Assembly: GCA_951406725.2 (NCBI GenBank)
Contig: OX597817.1
Location: forward strand, 126,170,001 to 126,234,000
DNA from: Octopus vulgaris
Lineage: Eukaryota
DNA: 64,000 nt
Direction of reading: 5' to 3'
Below the pieces are notes generated by a model. It searched no databases, had not been told where the DNA came from, and was given only the letters and a program-made list of their open reading frames with translations. This document shows positions 15,400 through 28,441 of the stretch, in pieces; position 1 is the stretch's first letter, and each line of letters opens with the position of its first letter. The translations under genes and the position numbers were made by a program.

Positions 15400-15819
15400 A
15401 ACCCTCCCAAAAAAGCATTGATTTATTAGCCATGTTTCCTGGATATACAGCTGTAAACGAATGTCAGGTGCTGCACGAGTGAATTGAAAGCATTCTACAT
15501 ATAACCGATGTACTACATGTATGGGTTAAATCAAAGCATTTGTATTGATGATTTCTGTGCAGATTGTATTCAACAAAGATAATAAATATGAGGCCTTTAA
15601 CATTAAATGTCCATTAAAAGTCTCACCTGCTGGCGTTCACTTATATGCCTGAGTGTTAATGCAATTATGCCCTTTCACCATATTACATATAAGGAATAAT
15701 ATTGAATTTATAAACACATTGTATTTGGCCGCGAAGATTGTCCAGGTTAAAGCACGTGTTATTGGGTGTTGTAGGTCAGGAAATACTGCATTGATGATTA
15801 TTAGAACATTTTCTCTCAT
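15400..15819 (-). pseudogene. Possible highly decayed Helitron PIF1-helicase fragment
   Basis: Minus-strand peptides LIIINAVFPDLQH...WTIFAAKYNVFINSIL (resembles VFPD....WL.ERAILAPKN..V..IN) and DL...HRLYVEC (resembles HGQLYVACSR). Weak and frameshifted. Confidence 0.35.
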
Positions 15820-17799
15820 AATATAATCACTGTTGGTCTATTTATGTTGTAGGATGTTTACAAAGTGTTTACATATAATTTATGTACAATGAGACATGTT
15901 AAGTATGATTGGAGTTTCGTTTCACAATGCTATTATTCCAATTCCTGGATGTCCGTAAACATGAATGTGAAATATAAATTTTTCACGGCAATTATGAAAA
16001 CCAAAACATGATTTAAATAACACATTGCATTTTTAGTTTATTTTACGCCCACATAAAAATATTCTTAATACCAGTAGCACATAAATAACATGCTCACAAA
16101 TTTATTCATTCTATATAACAGTAATACATTCTTTTGTACTGTATTAAATAAACTTCATTCATAATGTTTCTTGAAAACAAAGAATACAATGAATAACATT
16201 GTAGAGACACTGTGCGAATATGCTACTATATTACATTCAATATATTTGTTTTGCAAATTCATTATTGTGGTTAAGATAGCACCAAGTAAGACGATGTTTG
16301 ACTCCAATCACAAACCTTTATTAGACTCAAAATTTTTTTTTGAAATTGGACAGACAGGGACTGAAATACAATTAAACCAATGAACTTAATCTTATATAGA
16401 AGATTTTAGCTGTCCGTCAGCTTAATACCGCCTCCGCAGAAAATTTAGTACGGTGCTGTCTGTTGCAGCGATTCTATAAAGGCTTTCAGACACAGCGTAA
16501 CCATGTAATCTCTCTTGGTGCTTTCCAATGCAGCAAATAATATGCTGTAGTTTCTTGTATTTAGGCTACGAGAGTGTCTATAAATGTCATGAGTGCTGCT
16601 TTGCTCGCTTGAGGAATTCATAACAAATTAGCAACAAACTAATAAAAATATTCAAGTCAAAGTCATGATTTAAAGGTAAAGAGGAATTAATATTTAATGT
16701 CTTATTACGTAATACGAAATCAAACGTTATATTAGGATATTGAAAACATTAATAAATGTTACTGAATGCTGTATTCTGCTCCATTACTTATTTCAACTTC
16801 GTGATTATGTCTGTTACTATCCCTGCTGCTACTTCTTTAGTAAATATACGCTGAAATTTCAGATTATCCATTTTATTTCGCTATTGCAACGTCAAGGAAA
16901 CTATAAATTGTTTCTAATACTTTTGAAGTTGCCCATGACATTTTAGTAACCTAGTTAATTACATAATACTTAGATTCTTTACTGTATCAATCAATAGGCA
17001 AATATTTACAAAATGCTCTGTATATTGAAAGATCATGCATTTACAGCAAAAAATTGTTAAGCTGATAAAATCAAACCAGTACCTAAAAGGTGCATTTTTA
17101 CTTCCGTTCTCGGAAGCATTAAATGAAAATTTAACATCAATGGAATTTGTAGATATATTGGAAATGGTTGTTACGAATTACCGCAGGACACGTTCTAAGT
17201 ATTATAATGATACCTTTTCTAGTAACTTCTTCAAAAATAATGTTACAGATACTTAAAACAGTTAGAGAGCCGTAAAACAAACAATTACAAAAACTAATGG
17301 ATTTAACAGCTAATCGGTTGTAGTGGTTGCGATTCAGTAACAGTGATATATTTTACGTTATATTGAGCAAATTTCTTCCCACTGCATAAGTGTTACAAAA
17401 TCTGAAATATAAATAAACTTATGTTTCCACGAATAATTTGCACATACGTTTTTCGGATTCCACTTTCTCAAAATTAAATCAAGTTATAATTAATCTAAAC
17501 CATAATAAATATGTTCACAGAAGCCTCATGCACTGACAATATGATTACTTATTTAAAGATTTAGTATTACGATGTATAGTACAACAAAAACTGGAATTGT
17601 CAGCATTAATTCGTTTTGTATATTATTGCACCATACTGTTTTCATTAAAATTACATTGCTATAAACTTGAAGATGTACAATTAAGGATTTTTGAATTATT
17701 TGGCGTAAAGGGATTGTTATTGTTACTAACACCCACCCCTGCAAGCTTGATATGTTCATTTTGTAATTCTCAACTTACATCTAGAATGCATATATAATA

Positions 17800-19010
17800 C
17801 GTGTGGCTAGTCCTCGGCCACTAGAGTCTGAAGGTAAGTTCGATTGAAGAGAGTCAATGTTCATAACTGCGATAGGTCAAGTAAGGTCACACGGTTTGAT
17901 ATTGGTATCAGATTGATTGGGATTTCATTCATTTAGATCCAGAGACAGACAAAGATACACTTCCCTGCTGCACTTTCTCTGGAGAATTCGTGAACTCCCA
18001 GTACCACGTGGACTATTACTGAGAGGGCGCCACCATATTCACCCGGTGCCCCTCCGCGTTTGCGACGATGAAAAACCGCCACATGTCATCTACCAATCCG
18101 CAATACCCATCAACAAGAAATATTAACTACAGTGTCGCTGTCAACGGAGGTACATTCGTCAGGTAAATTTCAAGCAACTGACTACCGACAACCCGGATAT
18201 ACATACTCAGTCACCCCTAGCACCGGCTGCACCAAGGTCAAAGTCACAATTTGATCCTCATGAACAGCACCGGAAATCAACATTCCTAAAACTTCTCGTA
18301 TTCTGTCTACTCGCACACTCTCACCCCTTGTACATTACACCTTGTGCATGACTACGCGTGTACATGTGCACATATGCATCTGTACTCCCTACGCATGCAT
18401 ACGCATATGTGTACACGGGTGCACATGTATGCGCATGCGTGCTCATATACATGTGCACTCATGCACGTGCACATGTGTGCACGCGTGTCCGTATGTGTGT
18501 ATATGTGTGCGTAAGTGTACCTTCGTGTCTGTGTGTGAGTGCGCACGCGGATGTGTGACTGTACAGTTACGATCACATACACACTTTTATAAGTACCGAT
18601 GCATACACTCAGATATACAGCATATACATATCAATATATACATATATACACCCACATCTACCGCCTCTTACTACTTTCCCTCTGCACCCAGAACCGATTT
18701 GTCCACCACATGGTCCATTTCCTGTTCACCTCGCCGTATTTTTCAAGGAATTGTTGTCGCTGAAATACCAACATCAAACTGCTATACGGCATGAACTTTT
18801 TTCGACCAATCGCACGGTATCGTCAAGTAGTAAACATTGACTCCCTTCAATCGAATTCTAATTCAGATTCCAATGGATGAAGACTAGCCACACGCTTGAG
18901 AAACAGAGGACCAGGGAGTCTGAATCAAACTGCTTTGATCTATAGATGTAACTCCCAATAAATGTGTTGAGTGCCCCTCTTCCCTTTGTCTGCTCACTCG
19001 TCCAGATATT
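17800..19010 (+). mobile_element. Decayed Penelope-like element (GIY-YIG, Naiad-like C-terminus) with inverted partial terminal repeat
   Basis: ~70-bp inverted repeat 17800-17868 vs 18828-18896 (CGTGTGGCTAGTC...TTCGATTGAAG.GAGTCAATGTT). Frameshifted peptides IFTR.PS...KN, NINY/QCRCQRRYIRQ (GIY-YIG-like) and SLCTQNRFVHHMVHF. Interrupted by a TG/CA-rich tract at 18340-18650; AATAAA at ~18957. Confidence 0.55.
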
Positions 19011-19039
19011 ATACACACACACGTACCTACACACATACT

Positions 19040-19111
19040 TATGTATGTATGTATGTATGTATGTATGTATGTATGTATGTATGTATATATGTATGTATGT
19101 ATCAATCTATG

Positions 19112-19185
<74 letters not shown>
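19040..19185. repeat. (TATG)n/(TATC)n tetranucleotide microsatellite
   Basis: Directly visible. Confidence 0.95.
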
Positions 19186-19186
<1 letters not shown>

Positions 19187-19215
19187 GGATATACATATAC
19201 ATACAGACAGACATA

Positions 19216-20490
19216 CGAGGGGCGTTCAATAAGTAATGCCCCTGACACACTTCCCATAGCAGTAGAGCAACGAAACTTGGCACAGTTATTAGTCATTTTC
19301 TACATAGGAACCAACCAGAGTTACGCATTTCTCCCATCGTTTGATGCGGCTCTGGAGACCGTTTTTGTAGAAGAACCCAGCTTGGTCCTCCAACCTCAAC
19401 GTAACTTCAGAAATCAAGGCTGCATCATCTGGGAAACGCCTTTCCTTTCAAAAACAACTTCATGATTGGGAAGAGGTGAAAATCAGAGGGTGCAAGGTCA
19501 GGAAAGTAGGGGGGATGGGGAGGAGTTCATAGTCATACGCCTGTGCTTCTGATCTGGCGACAAGCGAGTTGTGGACCGGAGCGTTGTCCTGCAGGAGGAG
19601 GATGCTTTGCTGATCTTGCCCCGCCTCTTGATTTTGATAACTTCTCTTAATTTCCTCAAAAGTGAAGCATAATAGGCTCCTGCAATTGTGGTACCCTTTG
19701 CCAGGAAATCTGTCATCACTACTCCGTCCTGGTCCCAGAAGTCTGTGAGCATGACCTTGCCAGCGGAGGGCTGCACCCTTGCCTTCTTTGGAGGGGGTGA
19801 GTCACGGTGCTTCCACTGCATTGACTGGGATTTGGTCTCTGGATCATCGTGATGGACCCAGGTTTCATCCTGTGTAATTTTGACTCATCTTCTTGGCACA
19901 TCTCCAAATTCACCCTCGAGCACTCGACGCGTTCTTGCTTCCGGAAAGGCGTGAGCAACCTGGGAATCCATCTGGCAGACACCTTTTGCATATGCAAATG
20001 GTCATGAATGATAGTTTCAACAGACCCGGTACTCATCTTGACCTCATGGGCTATTTGGCGAATAATTATGCGTCGATCTTCCAAAATGGCAGCCTCAACT
20101 TAACGGACAGATGCCTCATCAATGGCAGAAGGGGGCGACCAGATCTGGGAGCTGTTTCCACAGAGTTCTGACCATGTTTGAATTCACGATGCCAGCGTTT
20201 TACAAGGTCATATGATGGGGCATCATCACCATAAGTTACTTTCATTTCATCAAAAGTCTCCCGTTGTGTGCGTCCTTTCAAATACAAAAACCGGATCACT
20301 GCTCGACACTCAACAGGCTCCATTTCACACTTGACTCAGTTCAAACACCTGTAAATCAGAAAGCACAAATAGTTCAGAGCTGTAATTTGCCACTTAATCT
20401 ATAGAACTATGAATAATTGCACATGCAAAATTTCAGCTAGATCAAACAAATGCAAGTGGGTCAGAGGCATTACTTATTGAACATCCCTCG
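19216..20490 (-). mobile_element. Full-length mariner (DD34D) transposon, 1275 bp
   Basis: TIRs CGAGGGGCGTTCAATAAGTAATGCCCCTGAC / GTCAGAGGCATTACTTATTGAACATCCCTCG, flanked by TA at 19214-15 and 20491-92. Confidence 0.95.
19289..20323 (-). pseudogene. Frameshifted mariner transposase
   Basis: MEPVECRAVIRFLYLKG HTH start, WIPRLL, DETWVHH, LLQDNAPVH and PYFPDLAPSDFHLFP motifs spread over several frames (ORFs 20066-20323, 19719-20084, 19498-19821). Confidence 0.92.
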
Positions 20491-20708
20491 TATATAGGTA
20501 TAGACAGAGATAGATAGTTAATTAGTTGACATAGTAAGAATTATATAAAATTTCAAGAGTAGAGCTTTTTCTTTTACATGAATAATAGTTCTCGAAGTAT
20601 CTTTAGGGGAGTTGTGTGCTTGTTTCCCACGGACTGTCCTCCACATTTTCCATTAAAAAAATGTTTTCATTATTTCCTAGCCTTTCTTTATAGCTGTATG
20701 TGAAGTAA

Positions 20709-21105
20709 TACTCTTTTACTCTTTTACCTGTTTCAATCATTTGACTACGGTCATGCTGGAGCACCGCCTTTAGTCGAGCAAATCGACCCCGGGACTTATT
20801 CTTTGTAAGCGCAGTACTTATTCTATCGGTCTCTTTTGCCAAACCGCTAAGTGACGGGGACGTAAACACACCAGCATCGGTTGTCAAGCAATGCTAGGGG
20901 AACAAACACAGACCCACAAACACACACACACATACATATATACGACAGGCTTCCTTCAGTTTCCGTCTACCAAATCCACTCACAAGGCATTGGTCGGCCC
21001 GGGGCTATAGCAGAAGATACTTGACAAGATGCCACGCAGTGGGACTGAACCCGGAACCATGTGGTTGGTTAGCAAGCTACTTACCACACAGCCACTCCTA
21101 CGCCT
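20709..21105 (-). mobile_element. SINE family A, full length
   Basis: Close reverse-complement match to 6839-7242, including the AGGCGTAGGAGTGGCTGTGTGG head. Confidence 0.92.
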
Positions 21106-21121
21106 ATGGAGAACTATTATT

Positions 21122-21157
<36 letters not shown>

Positions 21158-24100
21158 TACACATGCATAATACAAAAACATACACATATACATACGCGTA
21201 AATATATATACATTTGTGTGTATGTGTTTCTATGCATGTGTGTGTGTGTTTATATATTAAATATACATGTTTTAATTGAGATATATTTTGTGCAAGCTTC
21301 TCCTTTGCAGAAGCATGTCTGAGTCCAAGGGGCGCTTGTTCATTGTGATTAACTAAATTTGTTAATGTACGCATATATCTGTGCCTGTTATGTATATATA
21401 TGCGTGTGTTGATAAAATTGTATGGAAGTCATAATACAAATTAAATACATGTTTCATTTCATTTTATATTTGCGGGTGTATATACTTTCTATATGCACAC
21501 ATGATAGTTTGATTATATTTGACCAGGCATTTCAAATGGAGAATTCCTGAAATATTTTACCGATAAAATGTGAAAAATGGGAATCACGCTACTCTGTTCA
21601 CTTTTGGAGAAATGAACAATTCCTCTGCAAATATGTAGTTAGCAATTCATATCTATATATCTATCTATCTACCTACATACCTATCTATCTATGTTATTCA
21701 TAGTTATATATAACATTTGTCACAGCTCGCTGTGAACCATAATTCATTATCGAATGGGCTCTTCAGTTTTTGTAAAATTTCTGTACCTTTGGTTTCAGGT
21801 ACATTTTTACGCATTTCTAACTGCCACATTTGAAACGTAGAAGCTTCATTGTTTCGTTCATACAACTAACACGTATATTGTCTCCACTTTTACGACATAA
21901 ACATCGCGAGTTTCCTCAAATGAATATTCTCAAGCATAAAACTACTGTTTGAGCATGACTACTGATATTATTGTAATAAAATACATGTATTGTTACTTGT
22001 TTCAACCGAAATGAAATACATAACATGCATCTAGAATAACTGATAAGAAATATATTAAACAAATGAAACTGTAGAAAGTGAAATTCATACGTACATATCA
22101 TGTATATTAATAACCATTTACCAGTGAGAAAATATTACAACATGAACGTCGGATATATTAATTTGGAATTTGTTGTATCAGATACTATAATTGCGGAGTT
22201 GTAATTCAATTAATCTCCATTTTTGACTGTTAGCAGAAACTATATCTAACACAATCCATTTTACATTATCGCTATTAACAATGTTGCGCATGTTTGTTTT
22301 GACGGTGAAAAATGATCAAAAATACCATATTAATGGTAATGAATACATATATACCATCACAAAACATATACACTTGCATGGAATTTTACTTACATAAGTA
22401 AGTACACAGCCAATTTATTGTTACAAGATTTTTCTGAGCGTATTGTTTACGGAATAGCCCCGTAAAAATATAGGTCACGGCTTAATTTTGCTTTTCAAAT
22501 ATATTTTTGATAAACATGCTAATATCCATGCACCATGATTATGAAATTTAATCTTAATTGATTAGCATTAAATCATAAGACTTGGTGAGTCTAATACCAA
22601 GTTGCAGATATTTCTACAAGTCTTTGTATATAATGGTCAATTCTATCATCCGAAAGTAGCTTATCGACAAACTGGCCATGAAGACTCTCGCCTGCACACG
22701 TTAGCCTGTATTTGCAGCCTCGGGATTCGCTCCTCTTGTAAAATGTAAAGTAACTCGTGAGGCTTCCATCCTATGAGTAGAATGGTTTTTTCTAGCATGC
22801 GATCCACACTTGTTGTAAAGTGTACTGTAATTACTGGGGCTTCCATCATATAGGGAGAGTGATTTCCTCTATCTATACATAGGTACAAACAACTTCTACA
22901 TTTTCTCTTTTCTCATCACCCATTATGTGTCGTCTAAGCCTATGTACTGATATTCTACTCAGTCCATGCAAATAATTTGCTCATTCACGTATCATTCCTG
23001 CAAACACCAACTTGTGAATAATTAAAAATAACATTACCTACCCTCTCAAGATCATCACGTCGTCATCGCATTGCCTCTAAGATTGACGTTATCCCTTTAG
23101 TAAATTTATGTTGTATTTCTTTTGTTTCAAGGCTATAATGTGTGATTTGTGATATAATTGGCGAGTATCTTCCGTAAGGTCAGCAACTTTGAATCAGTAT
23201 TTTTCCATAGAATTTATTGTGAACGAATAATTTTACGTATACCTAATGCGTGTATACCAATTTCTATTTTTAGCGTCAGATAAGCTATCACAACTAATGG
23301 GCCAGTTGGTTCATTTCTGTGAGAAAGGGAGCACCTTCACAGATGGCATGAGTTTTGCTTTTATTGTTTGCGAGGATATTAAGGGAACAGACAACGGTAC
23401 TTTACCATAATTTCACTAGATGTCAATTTACAATGAATCTTTCACGCTGATAAATTCAATCAAGGAAGTCAAGATAGTATAAGCACTGCAACTGACTCAG
23501 TATACAGATCATGGTACAAAACGACTGAACTTTTATAGGCAGTAGATAACGTTTAAAATAGAAATATTTTTACTGCACAATATAATTCTTGTAAAGATCG
23601 ATGTGTGAATTTTTTTTTCTGTCGGTAGGAACGTAATGTTCCTATTGTTAATAAACCAAGGAAACAAATACATGCATCTTTGAAACATCATTAGTATCGT
23701 TGTATTGTCGGTTGATCAAGCTTTTACTTTGGACGTCTCTTTCGGTGTGTAACACTGAAAGTTGAATTGATTTTGCAATGGTCATTTAGAGATTACTTGA
23801 GAGCCCATATTAATTTTTACATTTAATTTTGTTTAGTAAGTATTTCGTATGTTCTAAACTCGTAGCTATGTATAACTTCTACACGATTCCTGTATTTAAC
23901 AATTATACATATTTCCTCTTGAACTTCATTTCTCTTTCTTTTTGTGGAGGAAGAATTTTCAATCTTGTATTCCCTTTAATAATTCTTACGTTGTGAAGGT
24001 GTGCTGCGTTTTTATTTTTACTAAACTTTCACAAATATTGAACCGTGTCTTGCCTGGTACCAATTATTAGTGTTCTTGTTATAGAATTAGTGCTCTTGTA

Positions 24101-24667
24101 ATAGAAACGACATATGGTACCACTGATACCAAAGGGTACTACGCTTTGCATAAAACTGGATATCCAAACTTCATGTCAATCTGAATTATCTGTATGGATA
24201 TCTATTTGTTTCAAAACCTTAATTTATTTGGTCGCATATAACTGAAAGTTAGCAGCCTACTTTTGTCGTACATATAATCCAAGAAATAATAGAACTTAAT
24301 GCATTTGTATTGGTATTTGCATTCAGAATTTTCAATGGTTCTTGGAAATAATTATTTTCGCCAGGATATTTCAAACACCAGTTGATAAACTATATCTCCA
24401 TGCATTTAGAAGGCACAACCAGTACATATATCTACACAACGTATTTTAAGTATTTTCCTGTACCGTAACGCGAATACAGTTGGCAACAGCTTTTAGCTTC
24501 TGGCTATGGATGAGGCTAAAATATGATATCTTCCAAAGTTAGAATAAGAGTAACATAACTTCGACAGGGAAGAAATAATTCATCACTGACCAGTTTTACT
24601 AATTTGTTTAACTTCTTAATTGTTTCTCTGCCTATCTACATTTGCATTTATCTCTCTCTCCTTCTCT

Positions 24668-24688
24668 GTATATGTATATGTATGTATG

Positions 24689-24722
<34 letters not shown>

Positions 24723-24752
24723 TGTATGTATGTATGTATGTATGTATGTATG

Positions 24753-24795
<43 letters not shown>
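24668..24795. repeat. (TATG)n/(TA)n microsatellite
   Basis: Directly visible. Confidence 0.95.
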
Positions 24796-24801
<6 letters not shown>

Positions 24802-27301
24802 AACATATATATACATATATGTGTATACATATATAATATGTGTGTGTGTGTATGCATGCATACATATACATATAAATTTATTTGGTTGCGTCGTTTGGAA
24901 TATAATACGCATAGCTTTTTGTATTTATATTTTAATGCAAAATTAAATGTGATGTAAGCATTGATATAATATATATGCAGGTATATTTTACAGTTAAATA
25001 TCATAAAATAATTTTTGTCTAGCGTCGCAAGTTTATAAAAATATTATGCAAATATCAGATTTGTATTAATATATAAGGTACATATTTATTTTTATATAAA
25101 TATGCAGATAAAAGAACGACAGTTTACGAAGTTATGTTGAATTTATGAATATTTTTCTAGGTTTTGTTTATTTTCACTTTTAAGGATTTTTATATATAGT
25201 TTTTAGTTGTTTTCACTGTACACTATAGCAAAAACGTTAGCATGTATTTATATATTGTATAAATAAACAATAGTCTGCAATGATTCTCTCTCATGACACT
25301 CAATTTGCATTTTGTGAGATACTGGACAAGTATGCAAATAAAGAAAAAATACCAAAATTTGATGGATTTATATAATTTTGAAGAATATGTCAATGAATGT
25401 TCCAAAAGCTATCTACAATATATGTGATCTATACATATGCAATTCATGGAGAGAATAACATTAAATAATTTCTTTTTAAGAACTGTATGCTTCTGTAGAT
25501 GCAAAAGAAAGAAAATATGAAAAAATGGCTACTTGTTGGGTGTACTCTCTATTCACAATGACTTTTTTGGTATTTGAAATGAACTTTTGGCCACCAATCA
25601 TTATGCACATTGATTATCCATCATCCCTTGCTATAACAGATGATAAGAAATGCGTTGTGTAATAGCAGGTAACGTTACAAATCGGTTTCGATTAGTGTTA
25701 TACTTTCAAATTGAAGTTACTTACAATTTGAAATTCTGAAGAAACGACATCAGGAAACCAGACACACAGTGAAAATTTGGTTGAATAATGTGTATTCTCT
25801 TCAGAATATGCTTACTTTCGAGACGTTTTTTTTTCATTCAAATGTTAACTAATACTGCCTTAATTTTAGAATAATTCAGCTACTAACTCGAATCAGATTT
25901 ATGCATTTACACTTTGAAACGGAATAACAATTGAAGATGTTTCATTCTGTTATTAAGTCAGCGTTAATAGTTCTAACAGAATTTTCAATGCTTGAATTTA
26001 ATTGCTGTTCTTACAAAACACAACTCAGGATTTCTTAAGTCGCTGTCACGTGTACAATTGTCGATATTAAAGTAACCTTTGGTAAATATCCGAAATGAAA
26101 AATGTTTTATTTTACAGTTGCTTTAGCTAAAACAGATACGAGTGGTATCTTAATTCAAATACAAGTGGTCCATTAATCACATCTGTATTACTTTAGAATA
26201 AAAGAATGATCGATTTAATATGCAGACTGGCTTTACTATGCTTCATTTGACTGCCATTAGCGGAGGCTATTTGTTTGAAAATAGGTAGGTTAGAAGTCCT
26301 CTCTAACGGTAATGTCTCCCATCTTACAATAGTTTAATATCAGTTCAGTCTTATACTGTTTGAGATTTATCATACTCATAACCATACGTCATCTGAATAA
26401 ACTAAAAACTTCTATCCGGGAAGCCAACAGAAATCAGAAAGAATAGACCTCAGGATATATTCCAATGCAGTAAGGTATTTAGGTTGGTTATAAAATAACA
26501 TTTGATTTATTTATATCTGTGATTTTTTAAAAACATATTTGTGTGCTTTCATATACATATTTATGCTTCTGGCCATGGCACAATAAAATATGTTTTACAA
26601 AGTAATTGCACAAAGGTTACTAATCATACACTAAATGAATTATATGTGTTTTTTTCAATTTGCTCATTGTGCTTTTTGTTCCGTTGTAACATTCTTCTTA
26701 CTCGGCTAATTAGGCTATGCATGATTTATAGAAGACGAATAATGAGTGTTTCCAATTAAGTTTGAAGATCTGAAAGAAAAACAAAAACTGTTTCTCGAAA
26801 GAATAAACGTAGTGTAGCCAAATTTCTTGAGAATTTTCTGTAAAGAAACTTCTGGAAAATGCATGAATATAACAAGCAAAAAGAAAGCAACAAGAAGACA
26901 TACAGTAATATGGAGTTAAAAGAACAAACTCTGATGTGATTGGAACAAAGTTTAAGTGAAGTATTTCTCTTTTAAGTCTTATGCACATGTCTGTCTGTGT
27001 GTTGTGTGTACGTGAGTGGTTGTGTATGTACGTGCCTCTATGTGTGTGTACATGTGTGTGCGTATGTGTGCGTTTAAACACTGATAAACATTTAGATAAT
27101 AAAATAGTTTTGTAAGCATGACAAACATTCTACGATTGCACCAAAACATCCATTTTACTATGTTTATTGTCACCAGCAAGTATTGAACGTTGCTGATGTC
27201 ATAGAATATTAGAAACTTAGAGATATAAGTCAGTTTCAAAGAATGAGCACGAAGTAGAAAATATATCATAATAACCTATACATACACAGAATATATGAGT
27301 A

Positions 27302-27534
27302 AAGGCGGCGAGCGGGCAGAAACATTAGCGCATCGGGCGAAATGACTAGCGGTATTTCGTCTGCCGTTACGTTCTTAGTTCTAATTTCGCCGAGGTCGAC
27401 TTTGCTTTTTATCCTTTCGGGGTCGATAAATTCAGTACCAGTTACGCACAGGGGTAGATATAATCGACTTAATCCCTTTGTCTGTCCTTGTTTGTCCCCT
27501 CCATATTTAGCCACTTTTGAGCAATAAAGAAATA
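27302..27534 (+). mobile_element. SINE family B, full length (central domain resembles the MetaSINE core)
   Basis: Head AAGGCGGCGAGCGGGCAGAAACATTAGC, core GAGGTCGACTTTGCTTTTTATCCTTTCGGGGTCGATAAATTCAGTACCAG, tail ending GCAATAAAGAAATA. At least six further copies in the window. Confidence 0.87.
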
Positions 27535-27722
27535 GATATGAGTGCATTTGAGTGTATATTTATGAATATATCTGCGTGTGTGCATGTGTATAGATATATG
27601 CGTGTAGATATTCATATGCCTGTAGATATGTATACTTACATATATAATATATATGTATACACACATATATATACACACACATACATTTATAGGCATGTAT
27701 ATATGTATACATATAGGTGTTA

Positions 27723-27789
<67 letters not shown>

Positions 27790-28003
27790 AAGAAAGAAAG
27801 AAAGAGGTAATTGTGTCAATAAGACACAAAGGTGTCAGGCAATGCTGAGTAAGTGCTATCGACAGACTATAGTTAAGCTCCAGGTGATTATGCGAATGAG
27901 GAGTCCAATGTAGGTCATATATCAGCACGTGTATATATGAAAACACTTTTTAGAATGAGATAAAAATCCATGGCTGTGAAAGATTTTAGAGCATTTATAA
28001 ATA

Positions 28004-28053
28004 GGTCTTACATCTGTTTCTGGGATATTTTATATATCCCTTCATCGGTGACC
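28004..28053 (-). ncRNA. Minimal type I hammerhead-ribozyme-like motif
   Basis: Minus strand reads GGTCA-CCGATGA-A-GGGATAT-ATAAA-ATATCCC-A-GAAA-CAGATG-TA-AGACC: stem I GGTC/GACC, 7-bp stem II, GUA triplet; core is CCGAUGA rather than CUGAUGA. Confidence 0.7.
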
Positions 28054-28391
28054 GTGTGGGGAAAATCGTTAAGCAATAGTTATTTTAGATAAGATATGAA
28101 ATTGAGAGTAAAGTGGAGGAATGACAATAGACGTGAGATATGCAGGGATATTGCATCAGTAGATCTATTATTTAGGCTGAATGGTATACGTATAAGATTC
28201 CAGTGCCTTGTAAGCTCCAGTATCATTTAAAATTGGTCATTCCAAGTATAGAGTTTGTACACGGTATTATAGAATCAAGGGTTTTACTTTAAATAAAACC
28301 CTGCGTAACTCACGTCTATTTTCATTCCTCCACTTCACTCACCATTCCATATCTTATCTAAAATAAGTATTGCTTAACCATTTTCTCACAC

Positions 28392-28441
28392 CATCTCCGA
28401 TGACGGGATATATAAAATATCCTGGAAACATCTGTAATACC
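28392..28441 (+). ncRNA. Minimal hammerhead-like motif (mirror copy, decayed stem I)
   Basis: CATCT-CCGATGA-C-GGGATAT-ATAAA-ATATCCT-G-GAAA-CATCTG-TA-ATACC. Confidence 0.6.

Noticed and set aside
18790-18842. Possible SECIS element in the Naiad-like remnant
   Set aside because: ATGA is present but no convincing stem or correctly placed GA quartet partner.
22661-22888. Possible Ty3/gypsy RNase H trace on the minus strand
   Set aside because: Only vague resemblance (YILQE...RIP...AN); too weak without a profile search.
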